Of a stretch of 64,000 nt of DNA, positions 24,177 to 32,752 are shown one piece after another (within the stretch, counting starts at the first letter, position 1; each line of letters begins with the position of its first letter). The notes beneath the pieces are model-generated. The model did not search any database. It had not been told where the DNA came from and worked only from the letters and a program-made list of their open reading frames with translations. This DNA comes from a virus: the IMG/VR virus record IMGVR_UViG_3300045988_164075; one strand, written 5' to 3'. The position numbers and the translations under genes were made by a program.

Positions 24177-24428
24177 ATGTGCGCCACTACAAATTTATAT
24201 CGAGAAGCTGCTGACTTCTTAGCCCTCTGGCAAGAGTGTCCTCGACTTCGCAGTGCAATTCGTTTCGGTAATGAGTCGTGTGACAATTCTTACACTATTA
24301 TCGAAGCGAATGTAACAATTACGAGAGTAAACTTTTCTCATCGTAAAGTTACTCGTAAGGAACTGCGCATCGCACGTAAACAATTCATTAAAGACTTTGA
24401 ACAAGATCATGAATACAAAACCTTTTGA
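24177..24428 (+). CDS. Hypothetical protein in the GC-richer island.
   Basis: 83-aa ORF ending in TGA used as a stop. Trp is encoded by TGG. Confidence 0.45.
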   Translation: MCATTNLYREAADFLALWQECPRLRSAIRFGNESCDNSYTIIEANVTITRVNFSHRKVTRKELRIARKQFIKDFEQDHEYKTF

Positions 24429-24729
24429 TCGTTCTGTCGGAACGGTTATCAAAATTCTTAATGAACCTATTGTTATTAAGAATAACAAGTTATTGATGTC
24501 TTGTATCGTTAATGATTGTTTAATCGATCGAATACCTTTACGGTATTTTCGAAGACTCAGTAACTATCGTGAACTATCTGATTTTAACAGCTTCACGAAG
24601 AGAGTCTATCGTACACAAAACTTTATTGAATTGCATCAGTTGTTACAAGGCAAAACAGTTAAAGTTGTTGCGAAAACAATTTTATCAAACGGAGCAACAG
24701 CTCCAATCTTTGAACTCATCAAAGGATGA
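24397..24729 (+). CDS. Hypothetical protein.
   Basis: 110-aa ORF. Its TGA stop overlaps the next ATG. Confidence 0.45.
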   Translation: MNKIMNTKPFDRSVGTVIKILNEPIVIKNNKLLMSCIVNDCLIDRIPLRYFRRLSNYRELSDFNSFTKRVYRTQNFIELHQLLQGKTVKVVAKTILSNGATAPIFELIKG

Positions 24730-24908
24730 AACTATTTTGCAAAAAAGTAATGTTCTACATTACAATGACAATAGTTCTACTCTTCTTGATGAGTGTTGAT
24801 AGTTTAAATGAAAACGGGTATCTTACAATATCCGTTTTCATTGTTATTATCACTATTGTAATATGCACTACGTGTATTACAAAGGAAGATTGGGATCAAA
24901 TGTTCTAA
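24726..24908 (+). CDS. Small two-TM membrane protein.
   Basis: MKLFCKKVMFYITMTIVLLFLMSV...VFIVIITIVICTTCI.. Confidence 0.4.
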   Translation: MKLFCKKVMFYITMTIVLLFLMSVDSLNENGYLTISVFIVIITIVICTTCITKEDWDQMF

Positions 24909-24928
24909 GACAGAAATACTTCTGTAAC

Positions 24929-24950
24929 TTGAACCTTTCGGTGCTTAGGT
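24929..24950 (+). promoter_or_regulatory. Conserved 22-nt leader motif TTGAACCT-N7-CTTAGGT, copy 2.
   Basis: Same motif and the same 16-nt distance to ATG 24967 as copy 1. Confidence 0.4.
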
Positions 24951-24966
24951 GAACCGTCATAACGTT

Positions 24967-25407
24967 ATGATATCACAAACAGAAATTAATGCAGTATTAG
25001 AAGTACTACAAACTATTCACGCATGGTCTGATTCTCGAATCGCTCAGAGTATCGACAAACCTAGATCTTTCGGAGGTTTATGCCGAGATTGTGGAGTTAA
25101 AGTAGCTCCTACATATCTGAAGCGAGTTCTATTGAAACACGGACTTTTACATTCCGTAAAAGATCGTCTTATATGGAATGCATGTAAGACAGCTCCAAAT
25201 CATAAATTAGCGGAATTTATGATCAAAGAAGCTCGGGTACTTCAAGCAGAAGCTACACGTGAATCTCCTTCACATAAAAAGCTTATCAAGAAGCTAGAAT
25301 TGCTTGAGAAAGTTACGGACAATGTTCTCGATAAGCATTCAGATAAGGAGTTGGTTGAAGAGTTGCGACGACGTGGTTACACTGTAACTACAACTATCAG
25401 TTTATAG
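24967..25407 (+). CDS. Hypothetical protein.
   Basis: ORF 24949..25407. The start is moved to ATG 24967 because the motif spacing then matches gene 24177. Confidence 0.45.
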   Translation: MISQTEINAVLEVLQTIHAWSDSRIAQSIDKPRSFGGLCRDCGVKVAPTYLKRVLLKHGLLHSVKDRLIWNACKTAPNHKLAEFMIKEARVLQAEATRESPSHKKLIKKLELLEKVTDNVLDKHSDKELVEELRRRGYTVTTTISL

Positions 25408-25412
25408 CATAT

Positions 25413-25447
25413 AAGAGAATGTGCTTCGGTACATTCTCTTTAATTGT
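25413..25447 (+). terminator. Rho-independent terminator.
   Basis: 10-bp stem AAGAGAATGT/ACATTCTCTT with loop GCTTCGGT. Confidence 0.55.
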
Positions 25448-25465
25448 ATATATTACTAAGACTAA

Positions 25466-25999
25466 ATGTATTATGTAATTACAAACTTTAAACCTTTAGC
25501 GATTATGAAAACTAGTGAATTGAAAACAGCTACGGCTGTAAATGTTGTTGCTAATGCAACGTCATTTAAAAGTATCGACGACTTGAAAGAAACAGGCAAG
25601 TCGTTTGGTGGTATCAACTTTATTGTTGGTGATGTTATTACACTCCCAAGCGAATTTTGTGACGAGTGCTTTCAAAAGAGTACATATAACAACAAGCCTG
25701 TTCCGTATATGAAAATCGGGATCAACGGCAAACCGACTTGGGTACCTGTTCGAATCTTTGCCAGACAAATGGCAGAAGAGTGGCGAGAGGTATACAAGAA
25801 TCATAAGCTCAATTATGAGCTTATGGAAGTAGGCGATGACTGTGAACGAGTTAAACTGTTGATGTCACTTGGCGAAATCAAAGTCGTCGAAACAGTAGCT
25901 GTCGACACTACTGCTTTTATAGGTGGAAAAGTTGCCTATACTGACAATGGGCAGCCGATACTACGTAAGAGACCTTTTGCGATTTTTGAACGTATCTAA
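25466..25999 (+). CDS. Hypothetical protein, paralogue of 26138..26659.
   Basis: 177-aa ORF. Its ..NNKPVPYMKIGINGKPTWVPVRIFARQ.. can be compared with ..NNKPSWISLGSLQR.. in the next gene. Confidence 0.45.
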   Translation: MYYVITNFKPLAIMKTSELKTATAVNVVANATSFKSIDDLKETGKSFGGINFIVGDVITLPSEFCDECFQKSTYNNKPVPYMKIGINGKPTWVPVRIFARQMAEEWREVYKNHKLNYELMEVGDDCERVKLLMSLGEIKVVETVAVDTTAFIGGKVAYTDNGQPILRKRPFAIFERI

Positions 26000-26008
26000 A
26001 CGTTATAG

Positions 26009-26046
26009 GAGTGCAGGGATTCGTCCTTGCACTCTTTTTACTTCTT
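26009..26046 (+). terminator. Rho-independent terminator.
   Basis: GAGTGCAGG...CCT(T)GCACTC stem followed by TTTTT. Confidence 0.55.
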
Positions 26047-26048
26047 GC

Positions 26049-26086
26049 AACTAAGACTTACATAGATAACTAAGACTTACATAGAT
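26049..26086 (+). repeat. Tandem direct repeat, 2 x 19 nt, AACTAAGACTTACATAGAT.
   Basis: Two exact copies at 26049-26067 and 26068-26086, upstream of gene 26138. An inverted 17-nt copy lies at 45110-45126. Confidence 0.85.
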
Positions 26087-26137
26087 ATGTAGTAACAAAT
26101 TTATGGTACATTAACCAATTTTAAAAAGATTTTTAAT

Positions 26138-26659
26138 ATGAAAGCATTTGATGCACAGAATCAACCTGTGTTGCCTCTTCGTGGAGAGCAGACACTCGTT
26201 CCCGTAACCGCTGATAAGCTGAAGAACAGTGGTCTGCCGTTTATCGGCGTTTTCGGTCTGTCCGAAAAAGGTGAAGTAGTAGAATTCTACGACTTCGAAA
26301 CCTATAAAGCAAACATGGACACAATGGTGAAAGCAATCAAGATTCGGAAGAATGCTGATGCTGAAGCATATTACGTAGCCTGTCTGCGAAACAACAAACC
26401 ATCATGGATCTCTCTCGGTTCTTTGCAGAGGACTTATCGTGAGTCTCCTGAAAGTCAACCGAGACGTGCCTGCGAGCTGTCTGAAAAGCTCAACAACATG
26501 GATAACAACTATACGAAACTGGAATGTCTCGCAAACAAAGCGATTCGAGTGGCCGATATCATCAGCGGTAAAGTAAACCAGTTTACTCCAGATGGTGTTC
26601 GTGTTGCAGATCAGTATCGCGACATTCGAGTTCCTGTCATCGAAATCGCAAATGCGTAA
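26138..26659 (+). CDS. Hypothetical protein.
   Basis: 173-aa intact ORF with GC-richer codon usage. Confidence 0.45.
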   Translation: MKAFDAQNQPVLPLRGEQTLVPVTADKLKNSGLPFIGVFGLSEKGEVVEFYDFETYKANMDTMVKAIKIRKNADAEAYYVACLRNNKPSWISLGSLQRTYRESPESQPRRACELSEKLNNMDNNYTKLECLANKAIRVADIISGKVNQFTPDGVRVADQYRDIRVPVIEIANA

Positions 26660-27010
26660 TTCAACACTTACTATAAGGGGTAAGTTTAAATGAGCAGTAA
26701 ACATTCTTGAAACCAACTGTGGTAATTATCTAATATGTAATTATCGCAGTTGGTTTACATATAAAGAAAGGTATTATGTAGTATTACCTATGGATGAAAG
26801 TAAACAAGAATGGTGAATTATTGCTGCTTACGACGTATAGCGCTGATGAGAGTCGTTAAACAAAACATCGAAACTCTACTTCGTGTAAGTAGAGTCCGCT
26901 AAAGGTGTCAGAGATTCTACTGTTGTGAAATAGAGGAATACTGATTTTTTTCATTTTATTGTTTTTAAATAGTCTAAAAATTAAAAAGGAAGGTGTAAAA
27001 GCCTTCCTTT

Positions 27011-27754
27011 TTAATTAAATTCAAATTCGTTAATTATTTCTTTTTTATCAAATAGTTGTTTTTCAAGTTCAGTTTTTTCTTGCATTAACTTTGAAACCAT
27101 TTTTTCAAGAATTGTTATTCGATCTTCTTGAGCATTTAATCTAGTTTCGTGTACATCAACTCGTTCGTTTACATATAAAACGGCTTGACATACTTTGGCT
27201 AAATCAATTGCTTTAACTGTTCGATTATAACCCGCAGAATCAAGAATAGCGGTTTTCATTTCAACAAGGATTTGTTTTTCTTTTAAAGATTTATTATATT
27301 GTTGAACTGATCTAGTGCTCATATTTAGAGCTTCTGCTATTTCTTCATTGCTTTTTGAAGTCATAGCAAAACCCCCATCTTTATATGTTTGAGATTGTAA
27401 TCCAATTAAATAAGCTTTTTCTTCAGGTGTTACGTCTTTTTGATCTAAAAATTCGTTAGTAAACATTTCAAAATTCTTAGAAAGTTTATTAAATTTATAC
27501 ACATTGGAACGACCTACACGTTGTATTTTTATTATATCACCTGCTTCAATAAGTCGTTTAATAGAGTTAGTAATTCTTTTCTCTGTGCATCCGCATTCTG
27601 ATGCAATTCTTCGTATAGTAGGAAAACATTCGTATGTATCTTTATCCATATGTCTTCTCAGATTTGCATAGACTAATTTATCAAATGGTTTTAATTTAGT
27701 CTTTTTTACAGGATCGGGTACTTGAACATGTTGTTTATTTTCGTTTATTTCCAT
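27011..27754 (-). CDS. Winged-HTH protein, replication-initiator-like or a regulator.
   Basis: 247-aa ORF with two HTH-like segments (..PTIRRIASECGCTEKRITNSIKRLIEAGDI.., ..EEIAEALNMSTRSVQQYNKSLKEKQIL..) and a C-terminal coiled coil. It is the only minus-strand gene in the block and diverges from the iteron region. Confidence 0.45.
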   Translation of the reverse strand: MEINENKQHVQVPDPVKKTKLKPFDKLVYANLRRHMDKDTYECFPTIRRIASECGCTEKRITNSIKRLIEAGDIIKIQRVGRSNVYKFNKLSKNFEMFTNEFLDQKDVTPEEKAYLIGLQSQTYKDGGFAMTSKSNEEIAEALNMSTRSVQQYNKSLKEKQILVEMKTAILDSAGYNRTVKAIDLAKVCQAVLYVNERVDVHETRLNAQEDRITILEKMVSKLMQEKTELEKQLFDKKEIINEFEFN

Positions 27755-27871
27755 AATTTGTAATTATTACGTTAAATATAAGATTTATTTATATAATACA
27801 AATATAGGAATTTTTTTTAAAAAGAACAAGTGTTTAAGAAAAAAATTCCCCATGCAAAAATTGGGGGGGGT

Positions 27872-27926
27872 TTCGCGCAAAATCTGCTACAGGTTCGCGC
27901 AAAAATTGACCCCAGTTCGCGCAAAA
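27872..27926 (+). promoter_or_regulatory. Three iteron-like direct repeats TTCGCGCAAAA spaced exactly 22 bp apart.
   Basis: Copies start at 27872, 27894 and 27916. They are preceded by a G8 tract (27863-27870) and followed by CTATATAA x2. The region is GC-rich in an AT-rich genome and lies about 120 bp upstream of the Rep-like gene start. Confidence 0.6.
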
Positions 27927-28112
27927 ATCGACCCTCTATCTATATAACTATATAACTCGCTCCTTGGGTCGCGAGGATCTATATAATAGCCCGACCACCC
28001 TTTGGGTGGACCGTGCCATCGGTTCGAGTCTTAAATGACATCTTTACTGTCTATTTTCAACATAAGTTTAAATCTACATGCTGTTGGACACAAATCCTAC
28101 AGTTTAACTATT

Positions 28113-28153
28113 TGATTATCAATAAGGTAGTAATTAACATCCTGATTATCAAT
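28113..28153 (+). promoter_or_regulatory. Two copies of the near-palindrome TGATTATCAAT, 30 bp apart.
   Basis: Copies at 28113-28123 and 28143-28153, 25-65 nt upstream of the GTG start at 28178. Operator-like. Confidence 0.4.
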
Positions 28154-28177
28154 TAAGTACACATAAATAATAAGATC

Positions 28178-28600
28178 GTGAAAAAATTCATTTTATTTTT
28201 GATGGTATTATTGGGGGCAGTAACATGTAATGCTCAAATTCGAGCTTTTGTTTCTCCTATTACTCGAACTACAGCATATAATTGGGAGAATAAAACTGTT
28301 ATTGCAAATGATGTAAAACAAGATTCTCTTGCTATTTTGTGGGATGTGGATAGTAAAATATTTTATGTTCGAGAACTTGATCGATCTTTTAAATGGCATA
28401 CTTGTGAAGCAACAAGTATTAATGATCTATCTGCTACAAGATTTTTCTGTGATGATTGGGTTTCATTTGTATATACCCAAGAAGTAGTTGGAGGTAGAGT
28501 CAAAAGAATACATCTAATTATGGAGAAAGCTTTTGAAGATGGTCATGCGCTATGGATTAGTGGAGAATGGGAGGAAATTGTAGTAGATAATGGCTATTAA
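28178..28600 (+). CDS. Secreted hypothetical protein.
   Basis: GTG start. N-terminal signal peptide MKKFILFLMVLLGAVTCNAQ. Confidence 0.45.
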   Translation: MKKFILFLMVLLGAVTCNAQIRAFVSPITRTTAYNWENKTVIANDVKQDSLAILWDVDSKIFYVRELDRSFKWHTCEATSINDLSATRFFCDDWVSFVYTQEVVGGRVKRIHLIMEKAFEDGHALWISGEWEEIVVDNGY

Positions 28601-28720
28601 TTTTAATAAATTCCAGTAGAAAATTTATTCATTTTTATTTGGAAAATTAAATAATTTGTCATATATTATCGCGCGATAACAAAATTTTGCATAAAAACAA
28701 ATAAAAATACACTTTCAATC

Positions 28721-28846
28721 ATGTTACCATTAGCTCGAATAGGTGAAACACTTGGTGAAGATATTGCGAATTATTTCATCATTCTTGGTCTTATGTTATT
28801 CGCAATGTTTGTTTATGCGCTATTCTCTAAGAAAGATGAGAAATAA
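28721..28846 (+). CDS. Small hydrophobic peptide, 41 aa, paralogue of 28973..29080.
   Basis: MLPLARIGETLGEDIANYFIILGLMLFAMFVYALFSKKDEK. Confidence 0.35.
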   Translation: MLPLARIGETLGEDIANYFIILGLMLFAMFVYALFSKKDEK

Positions 28847-28857
28847 CATCAATTAAA

Positions 28858-28926
28858 GCTCATATTCATTCTTAATTTTAATAAATTTTGTTTTTCGTTC
28901 TGTTTGTTTTGTGAATGAATATGAGC
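28858..28926. repeat. Long inverted repeat, 14-bp arms.
   Basis: GCTCATATTCATTC ... GAATGAATATGAGC with a 41-nt loop, between the two peptide genes. Confidence 0.7.
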
Positions 28927-28972
28927 AATTTTTGATACTAAACAAATTTTTAAACATCTAAAAATACTTACT

Positions 28973-29080
28973 ATGTTACCTTTAAGTGTAATTTCTTTAC
29001 AAGGTGTTATCCTTATCATGATCGCGATCGTTGCGGTTATCTGGGCTTGGAACTTCTTTGAAGGTGATACGAAAAAATGA
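28973..29080 (+). CDS. Small hydrophobic peptide, 35 aa.
   Basis: MLPLSVISLQGVILIMIAIVAVIWAWNFFEGDTKK, ending in TGA used as a stop. Confidence 0.35.
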   Translation: MLPLSVISLQGVILIMIAIVAVIWAWNFFEGDTKK

Positions 29081-29126
29081 AAGTTGAGGTCGTAGTTTGG
29101 TAATGATTAGGTTTTAAGGAGGTTGA

Positions 29127-29176
29127 AAAATGATTGAGAGTGGATTGATCATCCCTATCCCACTCTCAATCATTTT
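29127..29176. terminator. Bidirectional terminator hairpin.
   Basis: AAAAATGATTGAGAGTGG ... CCACTCTCAATCATTTTT, with 18-bp arms. Confidence 0.6.
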
Positions 29177-29312
29177 TCCCAATCTCTCAATTTTCATTCT
29201 AAACTCACAAATATTACTCTTTATTTTTTCTTCTTATACCTAACTTTTTCTCTCTTTTCATTGCAATTATTTTATTTCTCACCTAGTTATTAATAATTTA
29301 ACTTTAAAAATT

Positions 29313-29549
29313 ATGAATCTCGAACTTGATCTCTATCCTATAATTTCTAATAAAATCATTCGTCAGAAAGATTGGAAATCAATTAAAGAACATAAACCTG
29401 GTTTCTGGTCTAGAAAAGACATCGAAGGAAATCGTCTTGTTCGCACACAAAGAGGTTATTTCCTCAATAATAAAAACATTTCAGTAACTTCAGCACAACC
29501 TTTCATCCTTTCTCATGGTATTCAAGATGTGCCTCAAAACATATTCTAG
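29313..29549 (+). CDS. Hypothetical protein.
   Basis: 78-aa ORF. Confidence 0.35.
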   Translation: MNLELDLYPIISNKIIRQKDWKSIKEHKPGFWSRKDIEGNRLVRTQRGYFLNNKNISVTSAQPFILSHGIQDVPQNIF

Positions 29550-29553
29550 TACC

Positions 29554-30270
29554 ATGTTAAAATCACTGAAAAACTGTGAAACAGAACAAATCTATCATGT
29601 AACAGATCCTTGGGACTTATCCTTTATTCCTGAGAATAGAGATACTGATCAGAAACTCGTTTCACAGATTATGAATGCTATGCGTCAAAATGAATATATT
29701 TTTCCTATCTATATTACCGAATCTGGTGCAGTTATAGATGGACAACATCGACTCAAAGCATTCAGAAATCTTGCTGAAGAAGAACCAGGAAAGTATTTTC
29801 TCAGAACAATTGTTATAAACTCCAACAAAAGTCCTATAGAACTCGCAATAATTTTTAATGCGTTTCGAAAGAATTGGACTATTAAGGATTACCTGAGATC
29901 ATATGTTCGACAAAAACTGCCTTCATATATAGTATTAAATGAATTTTTAAAAAAATATCCTTTATTGGATATTAAAGCTGGAATTCAATTGATCAAAGGT
30001 TCTCATTCTGTAGAAACATTTCAAAGAGGTGCTTTATCAATCACTATTGAAGAAGAAGAAATGGCTATCGATAAAGCAGAACTTCTCAATCAAGTATACG
30101 ATATTGTCAAAGACAAACGTGTTTTTAGACGAGATTGTATACTTGGTTTCTATAGAGTATACTCTAAAATCAATTCGACTTCAAAATTTTTGAAAAACCT
30201 TCGAAATTTTGTTGCACCTGATAATGAGAGTATGAGACAGTGGATGGCAGCATATCAACACTGCATTTAA
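29554..30270 (+). CDS. ParB-like nuclease / DGQHR-domain protein.
   Basis: ..IFPIYITESGAVIDGQHRLKAFRNLAEE.. The start is moved to ATG 29554 to avoid overlap with the upstream ORF. Confidence 0.5.
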   Translation: MLKSLKNCETEQIYHVTDPWDLSFIPENRDTDQKLVSQIMNAMRQNEYIFPIYITESGAVIDGQHRLKAFRNLAEEEPGKYFLRTIVINSNKSPIELAIIFNAFRKNWTIKDYLRSYVRQKLPSYIVLNEFLKKYPLLDIKAGIQLIKGSHSVETFQRGALSITIEEEEMAIDKAELLNQVYDIVKDKRVFRRDCILGFYRVYSKINSTSKFLKNLRNFVAPDNESMRQWMAAYQHCI

Positions 30271-30384
30271 AAGCTTACTTCCAGAACTACGTAGTTTAAT
30301 TAAAGTTGATAAAACACCGCGCGCAATTATATTTGGAGTTGAAGGTTTGAGTCCTTCCGTAGTTCCTAATTTTATCTTATTTAT

Positions 30385-30525
30385 ATGTTTGAAGAACTGA
30401 AAGACTACATTGCTAGTCATACTAAAGAAGAAATCCAAGAAGATTGGAAAGAAACTCCAGAATTTGAATCTGGAATGACTGTAGAAGAATTTCTACAATA
30501 CTTAGCAGAACAACTTAAATCTTAA
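30385..30525 (+). CDS. Small acidic protein, 46 aa.
   Basis: MFEELKDYIASHTKEEIQEDWKETPEFESGMTVEEFLQYLAEQLKS. Confidence 0.35.
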   Translation: MFEELKDYIASHTKEEIQEDWKETPEFESGMTVEEFLQYLAEQLKS

Positions 30526-30529
30526 TAAG

Positions 30530-30772
30530 ATGACTGCTCAAGAATTACTTAGTAATTATGCTAAAGCAGAAAATGAATTTTTTACTGCAACAGAAACAAT
30601 AAGGAAGAATAAAGAAATCCTTATAAAAGATTTCGAAGAAAAAAATCCAGGATACTATATAAAAGACGTACACACGTATCCTAAGCCAAATATAACTATA
30701 TACAGTAAAAAGGATAATAAACTAATTAAATCTTGTGTATTTTTAAATACTACAGGAAAATATAACTTATAA
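30530..30772 (+). CDS. Hypothetical protein.
   Basis: 80-aa ORF. Confidence 0.4.
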   Translation: MTAQELLSNYAKAENEFFTATETIRKNKEILIKDFEEKNPGYYIKDVHTYPKPNITIYSKKDNKLIKSCVFLNTTGKYNL

Positions 30773-31305
30773 TTACATAAATTAAATATAAATGGTTAAA
30801 CCGCGTGTCGGGATTAGACTCTAATATACTGCAAGAAACGGATCCACAAAGCAGTCAATATAGATGATCTTCTTATATTGTAAAATCAGTGCTGTTTATA
30901 TTTAACTGAATCGTTTCATTTGATTCGTAAATCAAATCGCATCGTCAGAGCTGCTTGTGTTAATTAAAGTTAAATCTTTAGTGTAAAAAGCTCCAAGTTT
31001 ATTTAGACTAATCCAATCTAAATAGATAATTACTCTTGTTCGTTCGAGTAAGTCTACTTATAAGTTTTGTAGAAGAGTAACGAAATGGATTGAGAATTTT
31101 TAATGTTGTTGCATTTAGTTATATCAACTCAAAGATTTACAAATGTGATTAAAAATTCAAGAAGCGTCTTATTGAATAACTTTACTTTTGATATTCCATA
31201 ATATCAAGTTAAGATGCGTATAGTAGAGATGCTTACTATTTATAATAATTAAAGTTACTGTATTCAAAGGCATGAATCTATGGAGTAACTTTTATTTTAA
31301 ATATT

Positions 31306-31725
31306 ATGAAAAGAATATCATATGAAACTGCTAAATTAGCAGCAAAAGCAGGTTATAATGAACCTAATGAAGTCTATTATTGTTTAGATCAAAACAATAA
31401 TCCAAAAATTGAATGTATAATCCCTGATGAACCTGGAATCCAAAATAGTGATTTTGAGGATTTGTACACTGTACCTTATACATATGAGCTAATAGATTGG
31501 CTTAGGAATACACATAAAATATATATCTCTATATTTCCTGTTACGTGGTTTCAACTGTCTGTAAACATATATAAGATAGAGGAGAACCAAGTAAAGGAAA
31601 TATTTGCACAATTTTGTGTAACAGTTAACTCTGATACTGATTATAATCGGTTTATTGATACAATATTGCAACACATTTTAATGAATATTATTTATGAAAC
31701 TGAAACAACTAAAAGCTCTCTGTAA
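31306..31725 (+). CDS. Hypothetical protein.
   Basis: 139-aa ORF. Confidence 0.4.
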   Translation: MKRISYETAKLAAKAGYNEPNEVYYCLDQNNNPKIECIIPDEPGIQNSDFEDLYTVPYTYELIDWLRNTHKIYISIFPVTWFQLSVNIYKIEENQVKEIFAQFCVTVNSDTDYNRFIDTILQHILMNIIYETETTKSSL

Positions 31726-31876
31726 AACTCTAGAGGATTACGAAAATAAATGTGGAGATGCCGAAATTGATTTTGTTATTGATGGTAAAGTTTATACTCC
31801 TGCTACATTTGAATGTAATCTAGATGACAGAGGAAATGTTTGGGGACTTGTAATAAATCTTGAATTAGAGGATTAA
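31694..31876 (+). CDS. Hypothetical protein.
   Basis: 60-aa ORF. Confidence 0.35.
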   Translation: MKLKQLKALCKTLEDYENKCGDAEIDFVIDGKVYTPATFECNLDDRGNVWGLVINLELED

Positions 31877-31879
31877 ATC

Positions 31880-32164
31880 ATGGAAATAATCTTTTGCATA
31901 GTAATTTTACTTGTAATTGCAATAAATTTACTAGTGTTTACTATAACATCAAATACAGAAAAAGAATATGTATCGCTCTTTGTAGCTATTCTATTAATTA
32001 GTTCTATATGTGCTACTTGGCTCCTAATTTCAGTAGCTCCAAAAAGCGATTCTGTTGCTACTCAAGTTATTAATGATTTTCGTAACAATAGATATGAAAT
32101 ATATAAAACGGAAATCATTAATAGTGATACTACCTATTACTATCGTCTAAAACAAAAAGAATAA
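31880..32164 (+). CDS. Membrane protein.
   Basis: Two hydrophobic helices. Confidence 0.4.
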   Translation: MEIIFCIVILLVIAINLLVFTITSNTEKEYVSLFVAILLISSICATWLLISVAPKSDSVATQVINDFRNNRYEIYKTEIINSDTTYYYRLKQKE

Positions 32165-32358
32165 TGAAACTATTTATTATATGCTTCATTATTTTATTCT
32201 CCTCTTGCGGAGTTTATATTCCGCATAAAAGAGTTAATGAACTTTACAATATGATTCCAGGAAAAGCTTTTTATGAAATTACAGATTCTATTCCTACAAA
32301 ATCAGAACGTAAAGTTGTTAAAGAATATCTAAATCATTATCGTTATTATCAATACTAA
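32164..32358 (+). CDS. Putative lipoprotein.
   Basis: MKLFIICFIILFSSCGVY.. is a lipobox-like signal ending in Cys. Confidence 0.4.
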   Translation: MKLFIICFIILFSSCGVYIPHKRVNELYNMIPGKAFYEITDSIPTKSERKVVKEYLNHYRYYQY

Positions 32359-32359
32359 T

Positions 32360-32752
32360 ATGAGTGAATTAGGTTGGACAGTATATCTGATTGATATATT
32401 TAGTAAAATATCTACTATTGCATCTGTTATTACAATAGTATCAGGTATTATTGCAGGTGGAATACTTTTTGCAATATGGATGAACGCAACAGACGATATT
32501 CCTACTGATAAAACTATTAAGAAAACTGCAAAAATATCCATTATTACTGCAGTTAGTTTTGGATTAATTTACACTATAGCTCCTAATCGAACTACTTGTT
32601 ATCAAATATTTGCAGTAAATACTGCTGTAGAACTATATCAAAATAGTGAAGCTTTACAGCAACTTCCAGAAAAATCTCTTAACGCATTTAATAGAATTTT
32701 AGACTCTATTTGTGAAGAAGAGAAAAATGATTCTAAAGATGAAAGTAGATAA
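32360..32752 (+). CDS. Membrane protein.
   Basis: 130-aa ORF with hydrophobic helices. Confidence 0.4.
   Translation: MSELGWTVYLIDIFSKISTIASVITIVSGIIAGGILFAIWMNATDDIPTDKTIKKTAKISIITAVSFGLIYTIAPNRTTCYQIFAVNTAVELYQNSEALQQLPEKSLNAFNRILDSICEEEKNDSKDESR

Noticed and set aside
27960-28035. A possible tRNA because of GGTTCGAGTC and a GC-rich hairpin.
   Set aside because: No acceptor, D-arm or anticodon arm can be drawn. It is treated as part of the origin-like intergenic region.
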